IMG/VR virus record: IMGVR_UViG_3300014204_000130
Coordinates: 1-64,000 of that record
DNA from: a virus
Taxonomy: Duplodnaviria > Caudoviricetes
Length of the DNA: 64,000 nucleotides
Direction: 5' to 3' (one strand)
Shown here: piece after piece, positions 20,440-30,706 of the stretch
Position numbering within the stretch: position 1 is the stretch's first letter
Layout: each line of letters opens with the position of its first letter
The notes under the pieces: model-generated
What the model saw: the letters and a program-made list of their open reading frames with translations, nothing else
The model's database searches: none
Told to the model about the DNA's origin: nothing
Made by a program: the position numbers and the translations under genes

Positions 20440-21107
20440 TACAACACGATCACTTTCGATTTGATACTTTTCACAATACTCTGCAAATCGCTATCCAATG
20501 TTCTCTGAACATCTGCAACACTTCCAGAAGAATCTGCGTTGATATTTCCACGCCTGTCAAATTTATATGGATTGCTTCCTGCACCATTCTGAACATTTGT
20601 TTTCTTGAACTTCTCAGATTCAATATTATGTAGAATCAATGCATAGACATCTTCTTCAAAGATATCTGGAAGTTCTGTGATCTCCCGGACTGCTTTGTAA
20701 TCGTAATACACTGTCTGAACATCGGAAGGTGTTGGAATCAAATCAAATGTATCATGGCCTACAATTTCAGCTCCAGATGGATTCATCACTTCGGAAATTC
20801 CAGCAATGATCATTCCAGTGAATCCCGTCGATGGTCCGAATGTTGAGCCTGTATTTATAACATTCGATCCCGCCGAACTTGTCGTATAATAAACTTCCTT
20901 GATTCCAATCAACCCGGTTTTTGAAACAACATATCGAGTTTGATCTACAACCGTTGACAAATAATCTCGCATGATCTTTGGATAATACTGTGAGATCTTT
21001 TTCAATGCTGAAGAAATATATTCTATCAAAGTTGCATCGGTATACAATGTGATACTTGATAATCCATAATTGGATCGTAGTTTTGCAATAATATCAGACT
21101 GTAACAT
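20439..21107 (-). CDS. Putative head-tail adaptor
   Basis: Position; LIEYISSALKKISQYYP adaptor-like N-terminus. Confidence 0.55.
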   Translation of the reverse strand: MLQSDIIAKLRSNYGLSSITLYTDATLIEYISSALKKISQYYPKIMRDYLSTVVDQTRYVVSKTGLIGIKEVYYTTSSAGSNVINTGSTFGPSTGFTGMIIAGISEVMNPSGAEIVGHDTFDLIPTPSDVQTVYYDYKAVREITELPDIFEEDVYALILHNIESEKFKKTNVQNGAGSNPYKFDRRGNINADSSGSVADVQRTLDSDLQSIVKSIKSKVIVL

Positions 21108-21771
21108 TTTCAGTTTCCTTTTTAATTACTTTGTAACAAAGAAACGCCCAATGATATATCGCCATAAATTCCCATCCGGGAACTCGGGTTTCCATGAGTT
21201 TGTAATAATATGTTCTTGCTCCATCCAACATACCATACTTTGCGGCAATTTCATCCCATTCAAATTTTTGTGACAGATGAATCAATGGGGATTGGCCCTT
21301 CTTGTGAATCCCCATATTCAGGATAACAAAAACGAGAGCATCCGGTTTGCAAATGCGTTTGATTTCTGCGAATACTTGATCTCGTTTATCAACGGGCAAA
21401 TATTCAAACATATACATCGAATGAACGAAATCAATCGAATTATCGGGAATCATTGATAAGTCCCAAGCAGGAGTATTTATCAATTTGATATTTTTGAATG
21501 GTGTTTTCTCCGTTGCAAACTTGGATATATCTACACCGATTACATCTGATCGATAATCTGCAAATGCACTTGGAATAGATCCAAATGCACATCCGAGATC
21601 CAGAATCTTTTTCCCTTTTACTTTGAATATCAAATCCAAATAATATACATACATCTTCTGCCAAGTTCCTTTGGATTTCAAATCAAGATTCTGTTCTTGT
21701 AATTCTTTGAAATATGCTTCTTCGAATGCAGAAGATTCCAACGTTGGACTGACTTCTTTTACTTTAGACAT
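21094..21771 (-). CDS. Class I SAM-dependent methyltransferase
   Basis: ILDLGCAFG, GVDIS, SIDFVHS, EIKRICKP motifs. Confidence 0.9.
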   Translation of the reverse strand: MSKVKEVSPTLESSAFEEAYFKELQEQNLDLKSKGTWQKMYVYYLDLIFKVKGKKILDLGCAFGSIPSAFADYRSDVIGVDISKFATEKTPFKNIKLINTPAWDLSMIPDNSIDFVHSMYMFEYLPVDKRDQVFAEIKRICKPDALVFVILNMGIHKKGQSPLIHLSQKFEWDEIAAKYGMLDGARTYYYKLMETRVPGWEFMAIYHWAFLCYKVIKKETENVTV

Positions 21772-21772
21772 T

Positions 21773-22804
21773 TTATGCTCCTACTATTTCAGATATTTTG
21801 ATTTTTATCGATTCCAAAAGTTTGTTTCTATCAAAATCTTTCATACATCGAATTCTTCCATTGCAATGTGCGCGAGTTTCAAAACATGGAGTGCATCCCA
21901 TCATCTCAGAAATACTGATACTCTTGGCTTTCAATGGATACTGGGGATGTAAGGAAATTCGTTCATGCTCGCGGGTAGGCCCAAGTAGGGTAAGCACTGG
22001 ACAATTTGCTACATGTGCCAACCAGAGGACTCCTGAGTCCATAGTAATACAACAGTCCAATTTCGAAAGAAGTGCAGTTACTTGGATGGGATTGAGTTTA
22101 CCACAAAGATTTACAATATTGGTTCCCTCGAATCCCATATCCGTCGATTGATCTATTAGAACAACTTGATATGTTTTTGAAAGTTCTTTTGCAATTTCTT
22201 TAACATAATCAAATGGAAGAGTTTTCATACAACCAGATCCACGAATTTGCAATCCGATACTTTTGTTTTCTTTCACAAATTCAACTCCGTTCAACCATAA
22301 AGGCACACTTGGATTCCAATCCAATTTGGGATGCTCGGAAATTCCAACGTTGGACAAAAATACGTCTACCCTGTGATTATTTCGCTCATCGTTCGTACAT
22401 GAATGATCCTTTTCAAGCAACCCATTCATATTAAACAAAATATCACATTTGTGATTCTGATTGACAGACATAGAAGTCATGAATTTCAAATCGGGAAACA
22501 ATGCCTTCAAAAGTATCCTATATTCATCTGATGTAAATATTACAACTTCTTTTACATTGTAATACTTTTTGAAATATCTTACAACTGGAATAAGTTGAAT
22601 AAGATCTCCCATTGCAAAATCTCTAATGAATCCTACTCTATTCTTGTTTCTAAATGCACTGACATCGAATGGTTTGAAGAATTCATCCATTACATTCTTC
22701 ATATTGGATGGTTCAAATACCATTCCTGGATAAATAGTAATTGGAAATGAAGAACGATTTACATCTAATACTTGAGGACATTTTGTAACATTATAAAGAA
22801 GCAT
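21773..22804 (-). CDS. Glycosyltransferase family 9 (heptosyltransferase-like)
   Basis: AMGDLIQ, ITMDSGVLWLAH, LLGPT, CTPC...C...CM motifs. Confidence 0.88.
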   Translation of the reverse strand: MLLYNVTKCPQVLDVNRSSFPITIYPGMVFEPSNMKNVMDEFFKPFDVSAFRNKNRVGFIRDFAMGDLIQLIPVVRYFKKYYNVKEVVIFTSDEYRILLKALFPDLKFMTSMSVNQNHKCDILFNMNGLLEKDHSCTNDERNNHRVDVFLSNVGISEHPKLDWNPSVPLWLNGVEFVKENKSIGLQIRGSGCMKTLPFDYVKEIAKELSKTYQVVLIDQSTDMGFEGTNIVNLCGKLNPIQVTALLSKLDCCITMDSGVLWLAHVANCPVLTLLGPTREHERISLHPQYPLKAKSISISEMMGCTPCFETRAHCNGRIRCMKDFDRNKLLESIKIKISEIVGA

Positions 22805-23366
22805 TCAACAATCCCTCAACATATTCATTAGTTTTTGCAGCTATTGGAATTGAGAAGTCATATTTGTCAACATGAATTCCAAAAAACTTTTCATATAATT
22901 GGACTCGATGGATAAGTCGTTCGTGATTAGTTGTAGAATGATCCACTTCTAAACAACCATCAAGCATTACCATTTTATCAACTTTATTTCTATGGAATGA
23001 TTCATTTGATAAAACTTGATCAAATGCATCTGGAAGATTCTTAAAAAAATCTATATGTTGGGATTGGGTAATCAAGACAATTGTATGTTTGTAAACTCTT
23101 TTAATATATCTTGCAACTGGTAACAACATAATTAAATCACCCAATGCACCAAATCTGAATAATCCTAGACGAATTGGAGTTTTAACTTCAGACAGGTTAC
23201 ATATAAAATCTAATTTTGATATAAATCTGAAATCCTGTAATAATTCATCTGCAACGTTGTCTTGAACATTCTTCCATTCATTCCGCTTGAACGTTATGAA
23301 TTGCTTAATACAGCGGATATAGAATCCAGTTTTTTCATAACATCCAGTATATTTTATTGTTTGCAT
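22791..23366 (-). CDS. GT9-like protein, N-terminal Rossmann half only
   Basis: FGALGDLIMLLPV; paralogous to the neighbour (DHS...ER..HRV); likely start MQTIKY at 23366. Confidence 0.7.
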   Translation of the reverse strand: MQTIKYTGCYEKTGFYIRCIKQFITFKRNEWKNVQDNVADELLQDFRFISKLDFICNLSEVKTPIRLGLFRFGALGDLIMLLPVARYIKRVYKHTIVLITQSQHIDFFKNLPDAFDQVLSNESFHRNKVDKMVMLDGCLEVDHSTTNHERLIHRVQLYEKFFGIHVDKYDFSIPIAAKTNEYVEGLLNASL

Positions 23367-23454
23367 TGAATATAAATAACATGAAAAATCTCCAGAATCA
23401 AGATCGATGTCTGGAGATTCGTCTAATATTGGACAGAAAATAAACTTCCTAAAA

Positions 23455-23493
23455 ACAAGAAACCCCCCGTTCCGTCGAAAGAGGGGGGGTTTC
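23455..23493 (-). terminator. GC-rich hairpin terminator after homing endonuclease
   Basis: AAACCCCCC...GGGGGGTTT stem followed by CTTGTTTTT on minus strand. Confidence 0.65.
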
Positions 23494-23578
23494 AAATCAA
23501 TAATGCCCGATGAGGGCGCTTTGTCATTGTGCTAAGGACACTATCGTAAAAATCGATATTAGCACATTGATTATATTT

Positions 23579-24742
23579 CTATCCTTTAAGAAAGTCAAGA
23601 TACTCTTGGATCTTTTTCGCCGGGTCTTCGGTGTATTTGATTATTAGAAGATTTATCTGGTTTTCTTCGCACCATTTGAGTTTTATTTCGTCCCTGAAAA
23701 TTCCGTCTTTGGATATAAATCGATCATTGGGAAATATTTTTCTGCATTCTTCTGGATAATGTTGAATTCCTTGAAATTCTATCAATGTGTTGTAATCCGG
23801 AAGATAAAAATCAAATCTTAATGTTGATATATATTTGCAAGTTGGAAATTTCTTTTCTTCTTCAAATTTAATTCCTTGTAAATCTAAATAATTGTGAATT
23901 GCGACTTCTCCGGTTGAATTCATACATGTTGGACAACCACGACCACAAAGATGACTTCCCATTGTTTGTAAAAAATCACCATGTAGCTTACACACAATTG
24001 GAATTTTTACATCCCATCCTTCAAGTTTTGTTATTTTTGAATAATCATATAATCCACAATGAACTGTGGTTGCTCTCGAAATAAATTCATCTATGGATAA
24101 TCTAAGATTTAAATTTATTTCTTGGTTTGCACATAATTGACATCCCAACCCGTTAAGATGAGAAGTTGCTCTTTGTAAAAATTCTCCATGTTTTGGACAA
24201 ATGATTATTAGTTTCAGTTGAGAATTCTTATAAATAGCTTTTGAATAATCATATTTTCCATTGTGAAGTTTTGTTGCGCGTTCAATAAATATTTCAGTTG
24301 TTAATCTTTGAGATGCACCACTTATTTCGTTTCTACAAATAGGACATCCTCTTCCATATTGATGAGATGCTGGAGTTTGTTCAAATACTCCATGTCCTTC
24401 CTTTGGACAAATGATCTTCACTTTAACATGAGTAGTTTTGTATTCTACTAATGAATAATCATATTTATCACCATGTTTTAATTTTGAGAGTTCTATGAAT
24501 TTTTCAAGATTTGATCGTTTTAAAGAACCTACGTAAATCATGGCACAATTTGGACATTTTTGTCCTTTTGTATGTTTTTGTATTTTTTGTTGAAACTCTC
24601 CATGTATTGGACAGATGATAGTTACTTTATCATTTGAAGTTCGAAAAGTTACTTTCGAATAATCATATTTATCACCATGAATCTCCTTGGCGTCATGAAT
24701 AAATTTTTCAATGGTCCATTTAACGATTGGTCCTGCTGGCAT
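23579..24742 (-). CDS. Free-standing homing endonuclease-like protein (DUF723-type Zn repeats + PD-(D/E)XK domain)
   Basis: Four HGDKYDYS..ICPxHGxF..H..GxGCPxC repeats; C-terminal FDFYLP..LIEFQGIQHY. Confidence 0.85.
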   Translation of the reverse strand: MPAGPIVKWTIEKFIHDAKEIHGDKYDYSKVTFRTSNDKVTIICPIHGEFQQKIQKHTKGQKCPNCAMIYVGSLKRSNLEKFIELSKLKHGDKYDYSLVEYKTTHVKVKIICPKEGHGVFEQTPASHQYGRGCPICRNEISGASQRLTTEIFIERATKLHNGKYDYSKAIYKNSQLKLIIICPKHGEFLQRATSHLNGLGCQLCANQEINLNLRLSIDEFISRATTVHCGLYDYSKITKLEGWDVKIPIVCKLHGDFLQTMGSHLCGRGCPTCMNSTGEVAIHNYLDLQGIKFEEEKKFPTCKYISTLRFDFYLPDYNTLIEFQGIQHYPEECRKIFPNDRFISKDGIFRDEIKLKWCEENQINLLIIKYTEDPAKKIQEYLDFLKG

Positions 24743-24773
24743 AATTAACTCCTTTTAATTGTTACTTTCCCTA

Positions 24774-24818
24774 ATTATGCCATAGAAAATCCCGGAAGTC
24801 AATTGACTTCCGGGATTT
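24774..24818 (-). promoter_or_regulatory. Perfect palindrome after MCP containing the -35 of a promoter for the endonuclease gene
   Basis: AAATCCCGGAAGTCAATTGACTTCCGGGATTT; minus strand TTGACT-N17-CATAAT, then AAAAGGAG and ATG. Confidence 0.65.
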
Positions 24819-24853
24819 GTTACTTTACCGTGAAACCCGCTCTACATGCAGGT

Positions 24854-26002
24854 CTACGAGCCGCTCACCGTGACCAACCCCAATAAATCAGGTCTTACCA
24901 GCTTGCTAGCTGCTCGCGACATGATAGCACGAACGCTTTCGAAGGTGGTCGGATTTGTAAATGATTGCGTCATAAAAGCTAGCACGTAGGGCGCCCATAC
25001 CATACATGTATCCAACCAACTTGCACCATTGTATCCCATGAGAATTTTGTTAACGGGGAAGAATGGATCGATGTACACGGTCCAACGCTTATTTAAAACT
25101 CCCGTCAAATAGCGTCCCCCGGAATTTATGATCTGTAGTTCAGCCGAAACAGGATCGGGAACAAACATGAGCATCTTTTCAAGGAATGCGCCGATTTCCG
25201 GAGATGTGACGATCCAATTGGTTTTCCGATAGGTCTTGCGGAAAATCTGGACATCAACGTCGATGATTGCGGCAAGAAGTTCTTCACGCCAAACTTTCAT
25301 GTCGGTGTAGGAGATACCGGAAGGAATGGTTTGATCAAATGTTTTTGCACCACCCGTTGCACCTTGATACATTGTTTCGAGAATGCATCGATCCCATTCG
25401 GTAGTGATTTCCGTTCCGAGTGCATTGGAAAGTTCGGTTTCAATGTTTACAGAATGGTAAGCTTCAAAATCTTGGGATGCCTCAATCGACCAATTTGCTT
25501 TCAATTTCTTTTCAATTGCAGTAATTGAAGTCCCTGTGATTTTTGCCCGAAGAGACTTGATTGCTGTGGGATTGTTCGGATCATATTCAACATTGTCGCC
25601 GTACGTGCGCTGAGTGTGAACATCGTCGGCAATCGAAGAATCATCATCACGAACGATATCGTAATAGTGAATCTTCATATCCGGCTGAGACATCGGCTGA
25701 ATGGATACGAGATTGCGAACAATCGAATTCATGAAGACTTTGCGAACCAAAGGAAGTTGTGTTTTGACGAAAATAACGGCATCGGCAGAAGTATTCATTG
25801 CTTCTTTAACGGTTGCCAATGAATCTCCCTGTAATCGATGACTATGACAGAACTGTTTGACGGAGTTATCCATCAAAACTTCCAATTTGTTCTCTTCAAG
25901 CTGATTCAACATCGGATCATTCGACCGATGTTTGACACCTTCGATGAGATGCCCGAACTGAGCATGAATCTGGTCGTTTCGTTCAGTGAAACTGGTTTTC
26001 AT
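24854..26002 (-). CDS. Major capsid protein (T4 gp23-like)
   Basis: LPLVRKVF..LVSIQPMSQP, KLKANWSIEASQD, EITTEWDR, VYIDPF, WAPYV. Confidence 0.93.
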   Translation of the reverse strand: MKTSFTERNDQIHAQFGHLIEGVKHRSNDPMLNQLEENKLEVLMDNSVKQFCHSHRLQGDSLATVKEAMNTSADAVIFVKTQLPLVRKVFMNSIVRNLVSIQPMSQPDMKIHYYDIVRDDDSSIADDVHTQRTYGDNVEYDPNNPTAIKSLRAKITGTSITAIEKKLKANWSIEASQDFEAYHSVNIETELSNALGTEITTEWDRCILETMYQGATGGAKTFDQTIPSGISYTDMKVWREELLAAIIDVDVQIFRKTYRKTNWIVTSPEIGAFLEKMLMFVPDPVSAELQIINSGGRYLTGVLNKRWTVYIDPFFPVNKILMGYNGASWLDTCMVWAPYVLAFMTQSFTNPTTFESVRAIMSRAASKLVRPDLLGLVTVSGS

Positions 26003-26033
26003 GGTGATTTTCTCCTATTTCAATTCAAAAATG

Positions 26034-27233
26034 TTATTTCTTCAGGGACTTCAGATAGGACTCGGTTGTAAGTGCAACAAGGCCATTTGCCCGACGATCT
26101 TCGTTCTTGGACTTGAGATCTTTGGCTTGCGCCTCATCCAATTCCTGATCTGCATTCGCCAAAGTCTGGGTCTTCGGTTTCCGAACTTCCCCACCAATGG
26201 TCGATTTGACATCATTGAGAAGTGCTTTGTTACTTTCGTAAACTTTCTGCACTTCATCGGAATTCACACAGGACTCAAACTTGGCAACCAGAGAAGGAAC
26301 CTTGAAGAATTCGACATCCGAGGCCCGAAGGGATTCGATTTTCTTTTCTTTCTCGATCTTGACCGAATTGGCTTCCACGGATTCAATTTTGGTCTTCAGT
26401 CCAACAATGGACGATTCCAAAGTTTCAACGTTGGTGGTAAGCGTCTTGATTTCGGCTTCTTTGTTTGCAACAATTTCGGATTCCGGAATCGTAACGAACA
26501 GTTCGGGTTTGACGGTCTTCAAGAGATCGGCGATCTTGTTGAAATTCTCAGTGGTGCTACCAACCTGAGCAACAAGGGATTCAATCTTGTCGGTGAGGAT
26601 TTTCTTTTCGTCGGCAATCGATTTGTCGAAAGCCTCGAAAGTCTCGGGATTTTCTTTGCGAAGATCTTCAATCGTTTTCATGCGGGATTCGCTCCTTTTC
26701 AAACTTTCCAGAGTAATATCATCCATTGTTTCTTTTACAGAAGGGGTATCAACAAAATCTGCGGTTTCCAGTTCGAACCCTTCACGAATCACGGTGAATT
26801 TGCCTGACAACCCCGGCCATTCTTGATCGTAAAGAGCTTCCCCATAACCACGAGTAGAAACACCAATTACCGCACCTGCATCCAACATTGCTTTCAGATC
26901 TTTACCCTTTCGAGTATCCATGATCTGAGCTTTGTAATATGCTTTCTTATCGGGCATGATATCAGAGATCTCAATCATCAATGCCGCTGCATCAGATAAT
27001 CTTCCTTCACCAACCGGATGATCCAAAGACATCCGAATTTGCTTTTTTGCAACTTTACATTTCAATTTCTCAAGAGTTGCTTGCATTACAGGTGATGGAT
27101 ATATTCGATTGTTATCATTCGGAGTGTCCGTAATGGTCATCGGACCCGACATGATATATTGCTTTGCTCCATTGAAATCAACTTCTTCGATTTTTGCAGC
27201 TTCGAAAATTGTTTCAATAATTAACTTTTTCAT
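26034..27233 (-). CDS. Prohead protease (T4 gp21-like) fused to coiled-coil scaffold
   Basis: NDNNRIYP, LDHP, IGVSTRGYG, DFVDTPS; start ATG 27233 after GAGG. Confidence 0.9.
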   Translation of the reverse strand: MKKLIIETIFEAAKIEEVDFNGAKQYIMSGPMTITDTPNDNNRIYPSPVMQATLEKLKCKVAKKQIRMSLDHPVGEGRLSDAAALMIEISDIMPDKKAYYKAQIMDTRKGKDLKAMLDAGAVIGVSTRGYGEALYDQEWPGLSGKFTVIREGFELETADFVDTPSVKETMDDITLESLKRSESRMKTIEDLRKENPETFEAFDKSIADEKKILTDKIESLVAQVGSTTENFNKIADLLKTVKPELFVTIPESEIVANKEAEIKTLTTNVETLESSIVGLKTKIESVEANSVKIEKEKKIESLRASDVEFFKVPSLVAKFESCVNSDEVQKVYESNKALLNDVKSTIGGEVRKPKTQTLANADQELDEAQAKDLKSKNEDRRANGLVALTTESYLKSLKK

Positions 27234-27262
27234 AAGTTCCTCAGTTTGCAAATTGCATTACA

Positions 27263-27297
27263 CGATCATCGTATCGTTTGTTAGTATCGAATGTCAA
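27263..27297 (-). promoter_or_regulatory. Putative sigma70 promoter for protease/MCP
   Basis: Minus strand TTGACA-N18-TACGAT. Confidence 0.45.
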
Positions 27298-27434
27298 ATA
27301 CTTAACTTAGCCATTGCATAGTAATAAGGATATGGAATCTTATTATCATTGGCATAGTTATAATAATTGACAAATTTATCGATTTCCTTTTGAGAGAATC
27401 CATTTGCAACTAAACCATCTTTAATCGTTGTCAT
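27294..27434 (-). CDS. Small hypothetical protein (46 aa)
   Basis: Manual: MTTIKDGLVANGFSQKEIDKF...; fills gap in operon. Confidence 0.5.
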   Translation of the reverse strand: MTTIKDGLVANGFSQKEIDKFVNYYNYANDNKIPYPYYYAMAKLSI

Positions 27435-27435
27435 A

Positions 27436-27858
27436 TTATCTATATCTCAATATTCCTTTCTTTCGGAGTGCATTCAGATGTGCGGAAGCATTAGGACCTC
27501 GCAATTTACTTTTGTATCCATAAATTTTATGCTTTTTCAAATTTATACCAAGTTTAAACACCGTTCCCTCTCTATTTGAAATAGTTGCCAATTGATATCC
27601 CCAAGACATGGTTTTCAATTTCATCTTACCGCCACCATATCTGACGTTGATCTTATTGATGAATGCCTGATGTTTTTTAATAAATCTAGTCAATGCTCTA
27701 TACTTGGTTCTGGCGAGTTTATTGATTGCATCTGTTGGATATACATATGTATAATTCCCCGGACTTCCAGATCTACTCATATACTTTGTTCCAATACCAG
27801 AAGTTCCGGTTGTATATTCCAAAAGATTGGCAAATTCATTCAAAGATTCTGCAAGCAT
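27436..27858 (-). CDS. Basic putative internal head protein
   Basis: KYMSRSGSPGNYTYVYP motif; Glu-containing N-terminus MLAESLNEFANLLE; GGAGG RBS. Confidence 0.55.
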   Translation of the reverse strand: MLAESLNEFANLLEYTTGTSGIGTKYMSRSGSPGNYTYVYPTDAINKLARTKYRALTRFIKKHQAFINKINVRYGGGKMKLKTMSWGYQLATISNREGTVFKLGINLKKHKIYGYKSKLRGPNASAHLNALRKKGILRYR

Positions 27859-29000
27859 TAGATAACCTCCTTGAACAATACATGAGATGAAGAATCAATA
27901 AGATATTCAATGCCTTCCAAAGTTTTCATTCGTGCTTGTGTTCCCAACATTTCAACGACTTTTCCATATATCTGTCGATTGCCTTGGAAGAACGATGTAA
28001 AATCTCCAGATTTCAAAGTGTTATAATCTGAAATGAAAGCGAATTTCGAATTATTTGAGAACTCTTTCAAATCCACCAATGACTGTTGAACATTGAAATA
28101 TACCGGAAAGTATACGTTGTTCTTGGATTTGTACTCCGTGAATTCTGCAAGACTATTATTATAACCTTGTTTGTATTTATCTTCTTTTGTCAATTGAAAC
28201 ATATATCGGTTGTAATAATATTCATCGCGACGATCCATGAGATATTTATAATCATATTCGGATGGAATCTTTCTATTTCCAGTGTTTGCGAATTGCTTGT
28301 CAAGAATAAAATGATCGTATTCTCCACCCAATTGTTTATTATTGTTTATATAATTTAAAAAGCAACGACAGTTGTTCAAACAACGACTCGCGCCAGATTT
28401 CGGAAATCCCGGAAGAGTTTTCTTTGTATATGGATTCTTGGCCGCGAAAGACAGACAATCCAAACAGTGCTTGTCTGTCACCCCAAGAGTCCAGATGATT
28501 CTTGTCTCTTCTGGGAGGTATACCAGTCTCCCAAAGCCAAACATAGAATCCAGACTTCCGGAGTACATTTCTATACGTTTCGTGTAATCCATGACTCCGG
28601 AATTGTTTTGTAGGTCATTGGCGAAGTTTGACATGAATTGCATTTCTTTGGTGGTCTGTTGGACAATGAATCGTCGCTCATTGTCATCCAATTGAGTCTG
28701 ACCGATTCCAAACTCTTTTCCCAAAGCATAGGCGTCTTTGAAGGCTTTCGAGATTGCCGATTTTTGAGATTTCAGATATCCGTCCAACGTTAGACGACCC
28801 TTTTTAAATGACTCCATGTTTTTCTTAAGGGTTGAATCGTATTCGTATTTAACGTCGATATATTTTTGAACCAATTTAGTTTTTTTGGATTTCGCAATGT
28901 TTGGAAGTATATCTACCCCCTTATTGCGCTTTAACATGCGTTTGGAAAACTTCTCCAATACACTGGAGAACTTAAATAATGCTTTGCAATTACTGCACAT
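27858..29000 (-). CDS. Head morphogenesis/minor capsid protein (gpF-like)
   Basis: After portal; W.LG...HCLDC...P..P...CLNNCRC motif. Confidence 0.7.
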   Translation of the reverse strand: MCSNCKALFKFSSVLEKFSKRMLKRNKGVDILPNIAKSKKTKLVQKYIDVKYEYDSTLKKNMESFKKGRLTLDGYLKSQKSAISKAFKDAYALGKEFGIGQTQLDDNERRFIVQQTTKEMQFMSNFANDLQNNSGVMDYTKRIEMYSGSLDSMFGFGRLVYLPEETRIIWTLGVTDKHCLDCLSFAAKNPYTKKTLPGFPKSGASRCLNNCRCFLNYINNNKQLGGEYDHFILDKQFANTGNRKIPSEYDYKYLMDRRDEYYYNRYMFQLTKEDKYKQGYNNSLAEFTEYKSKNNVYFPVYFNVQQSLVDLKEFSNNSKFAFISDYNTLKSGDFTSFFQGNRQIYGKVVEMLGTQARMKTLEGIEYLIDSSSHVLFKEVI

Positions 29001-29002
29001 GG

Positions 29003-30697
29003 TTATTCTCCAAGTTGTGCATTAGTTAATGAAATGTATTCTCCAACAAGTTTTTTAACTTCGGGATTCGATTTTAAGAATCCAGCAATTTTTTCAAATC
29101 CGAAATATGATTCCTTGTCAAGATTCTTTTTGAACTGTTCCATTACCAGTGCTTCGGTTGTTTCTTTGGAAGAATCCGGGTTGGATTTCTTGGTAGGAGT
29201 TCCGGGAGTGGATGTAGATGTTGTATCTGGTTCTTCATCCGCTTGGGTTGCATCAATAGTCCCTTCATCCTCGGGAGGATTGGTAATTGCAGCATCTACT
29301 TCGGCAGAAATCTTGGCCTCTGTTTCATCCATACGAGTTGTGAGTTCAACGATCTCTTCATCACTCATACCCATGAAATTCTTATACATGAAATAATCAT
29401 CGATAAGAGATTTATCACATAGAGAAATTCCAATGTTTGTTTTGACTTGTTCAATTCGCATTCGACGTTCTTCATCAATCGTATTGGTTACAGGCCAATA
29501 GATATACAAATCCGGAGCATCGATTCCACGACTTAACAATGCCATTTTGTAAAATCTTAAAATTTCAGGTTCAAGCAATGTTTGTATCCGTCGAATTGTT
29601 CGGAGAAAACAAACATATTGCGTTTCAGTTGTAGATTTGGAATTGATATCTTCTTCTTTACCGATGAGCAATTTGGGTACTCCGGTAGAATAAATCAATT
29701 TATTCTGGAAGTAGTTGATATCGTCGATGTTCTTGGAGCCCTCTGAGTTATTCAGGGATTGTATTCCAGCTCCCGAGCCTGCGCGTATGGGCACGTAGAT
29801 GTCTTCGATAATAGATAGTGGATTGTATTTAAAAGACATTCGCCCGGTAAGAGGATCAACATACTTCTTGCGGGTAATCCGACGTTTGTATTTGTCAATG
29901 AAATCCAGAGCTTCATCACCTACGAGATCTCCAACATCCACCATGATTCCATAGCTTTGATTGGATCTCGAAAGGCGATTGATCATCACACCTTCTTCCA
30001 TCAATCGAAGTTGTCTGTAAATCAGACGGGATTTTTCAATCCGAGAAACACCTTTCCCATACTTGGCATATCGATTTCTATCAGTGTTCAAAGACAGATG
30101 CATCATTTCATCATATGCAAGTTCTGCAAGGATATCTTGGTTTGCACCCACCTGTCTGAAACTAATACTCTTATCCATGACACCATTGATCATATTAACC
30201 ATCATGGAAGAAACTGGAGCATTTCGAAATCCTACGATGATATCTGATTTCTTTTCGAATAACAGTTCTTCGTAATCATCTCCATATTTACATGCTTCTC
30301 GGGCCATGCTATGTAATTCAGAATGGAAATTTGTTGCAATATCAATCTCATCAATGTATTTGTTGATATTCTTTTTCTTCGACATGACTTTGAAAATCTT
30401 TGTTTTATTGACATTATCTGGATAAACAACAAAATCAGCCATAACATCTAATGCCGCTGAAACTTCAGGAATTTCACTGTCCATCAAATCATAATCAGAA
30501 TATTTGGATTTGTCGGAAGCATTCCGTTGCATTGCATCATCTAAAAATACTTTCCAATTAGATACATCTGCATTTGCTAATTGTGCATCATCTGCATAGC
30601 CTGTAGTTTTTGTAGGTTGTGGATCAGACGTAAAAAGATTTTTAAGAATGTTCTTATTACGTTCAATCACTTTGGAAAGTCTTTCCATCAATGACAT
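29003..30697 (-). CDS. Portal protein (T4 gp20-like)
   Basis: YDLMDSEIPEVSAALD, RQLRLMEEGVMINRLSR, VDVGDL, EDIYVP, DDINYFQNKL. Confidence 0.92.
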   Translation of the reverse strand: MSLMERLSKVIERNKNILKNLFTSDPQPTKTTGYADDAQLANADVSNWKVFLDDAMQRNASDKSKYSDYDLMDSEIPEVSAALDVMADFVVYPDNVNKTKIFKVMSKKKNINKYIDEIDIATNFHSELHSMAREACKYGDDYEELLFEKKSDIIVGFRNAPVSSMMVNMINGVMDKSISFRQVGANQDILAELAYDEMMHLSLNTDRNRYAKYGKGVSRIEKSRLIYRQLRLMEEGVMINRLSRSNQSYGIMVDVGDLVGDEALDFIDKYKRRITRKKYVDPLTGRMSFKYNPLSIIEDIYVPIRAGSGAGIQSLNNSEGSKNIDDINYFQNKLIYSTGVPKLLIGKEEDINSKSTTETQYVCFLRTIRRIQTLLEPEILRFYKMALLSRGIDAPDLYIYWPVTNTIDEERRMRIEQVKTNIGISLCDKSLIDDYFMYKNFMGMSDEEIVELTTRMDETEAKISAEVDAAITNPPEDEGTIDATQADEEPDTTSTSTPGTPTKKSNPDSSKETTEALVMEQFKKNLDKESYFGFEKIAGFLKSNPEVKKLVGEYISLTNAQLGE

Positions 30698-30706
30698 ATT
30701 ATTCTC

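Noticed and set aside
23579-24742. Possible intron or intein in the capsid gene
   Set aside because: MCP has its own stop and hairpin; the endonuclease has its own promoter and RBS; no group I core seen
25986-26807. 273-aa plus-strand ORF and similar antisense ORFs (e.g. 41052-41786)
   Set aside because: Antisense shadows of well-supported genes
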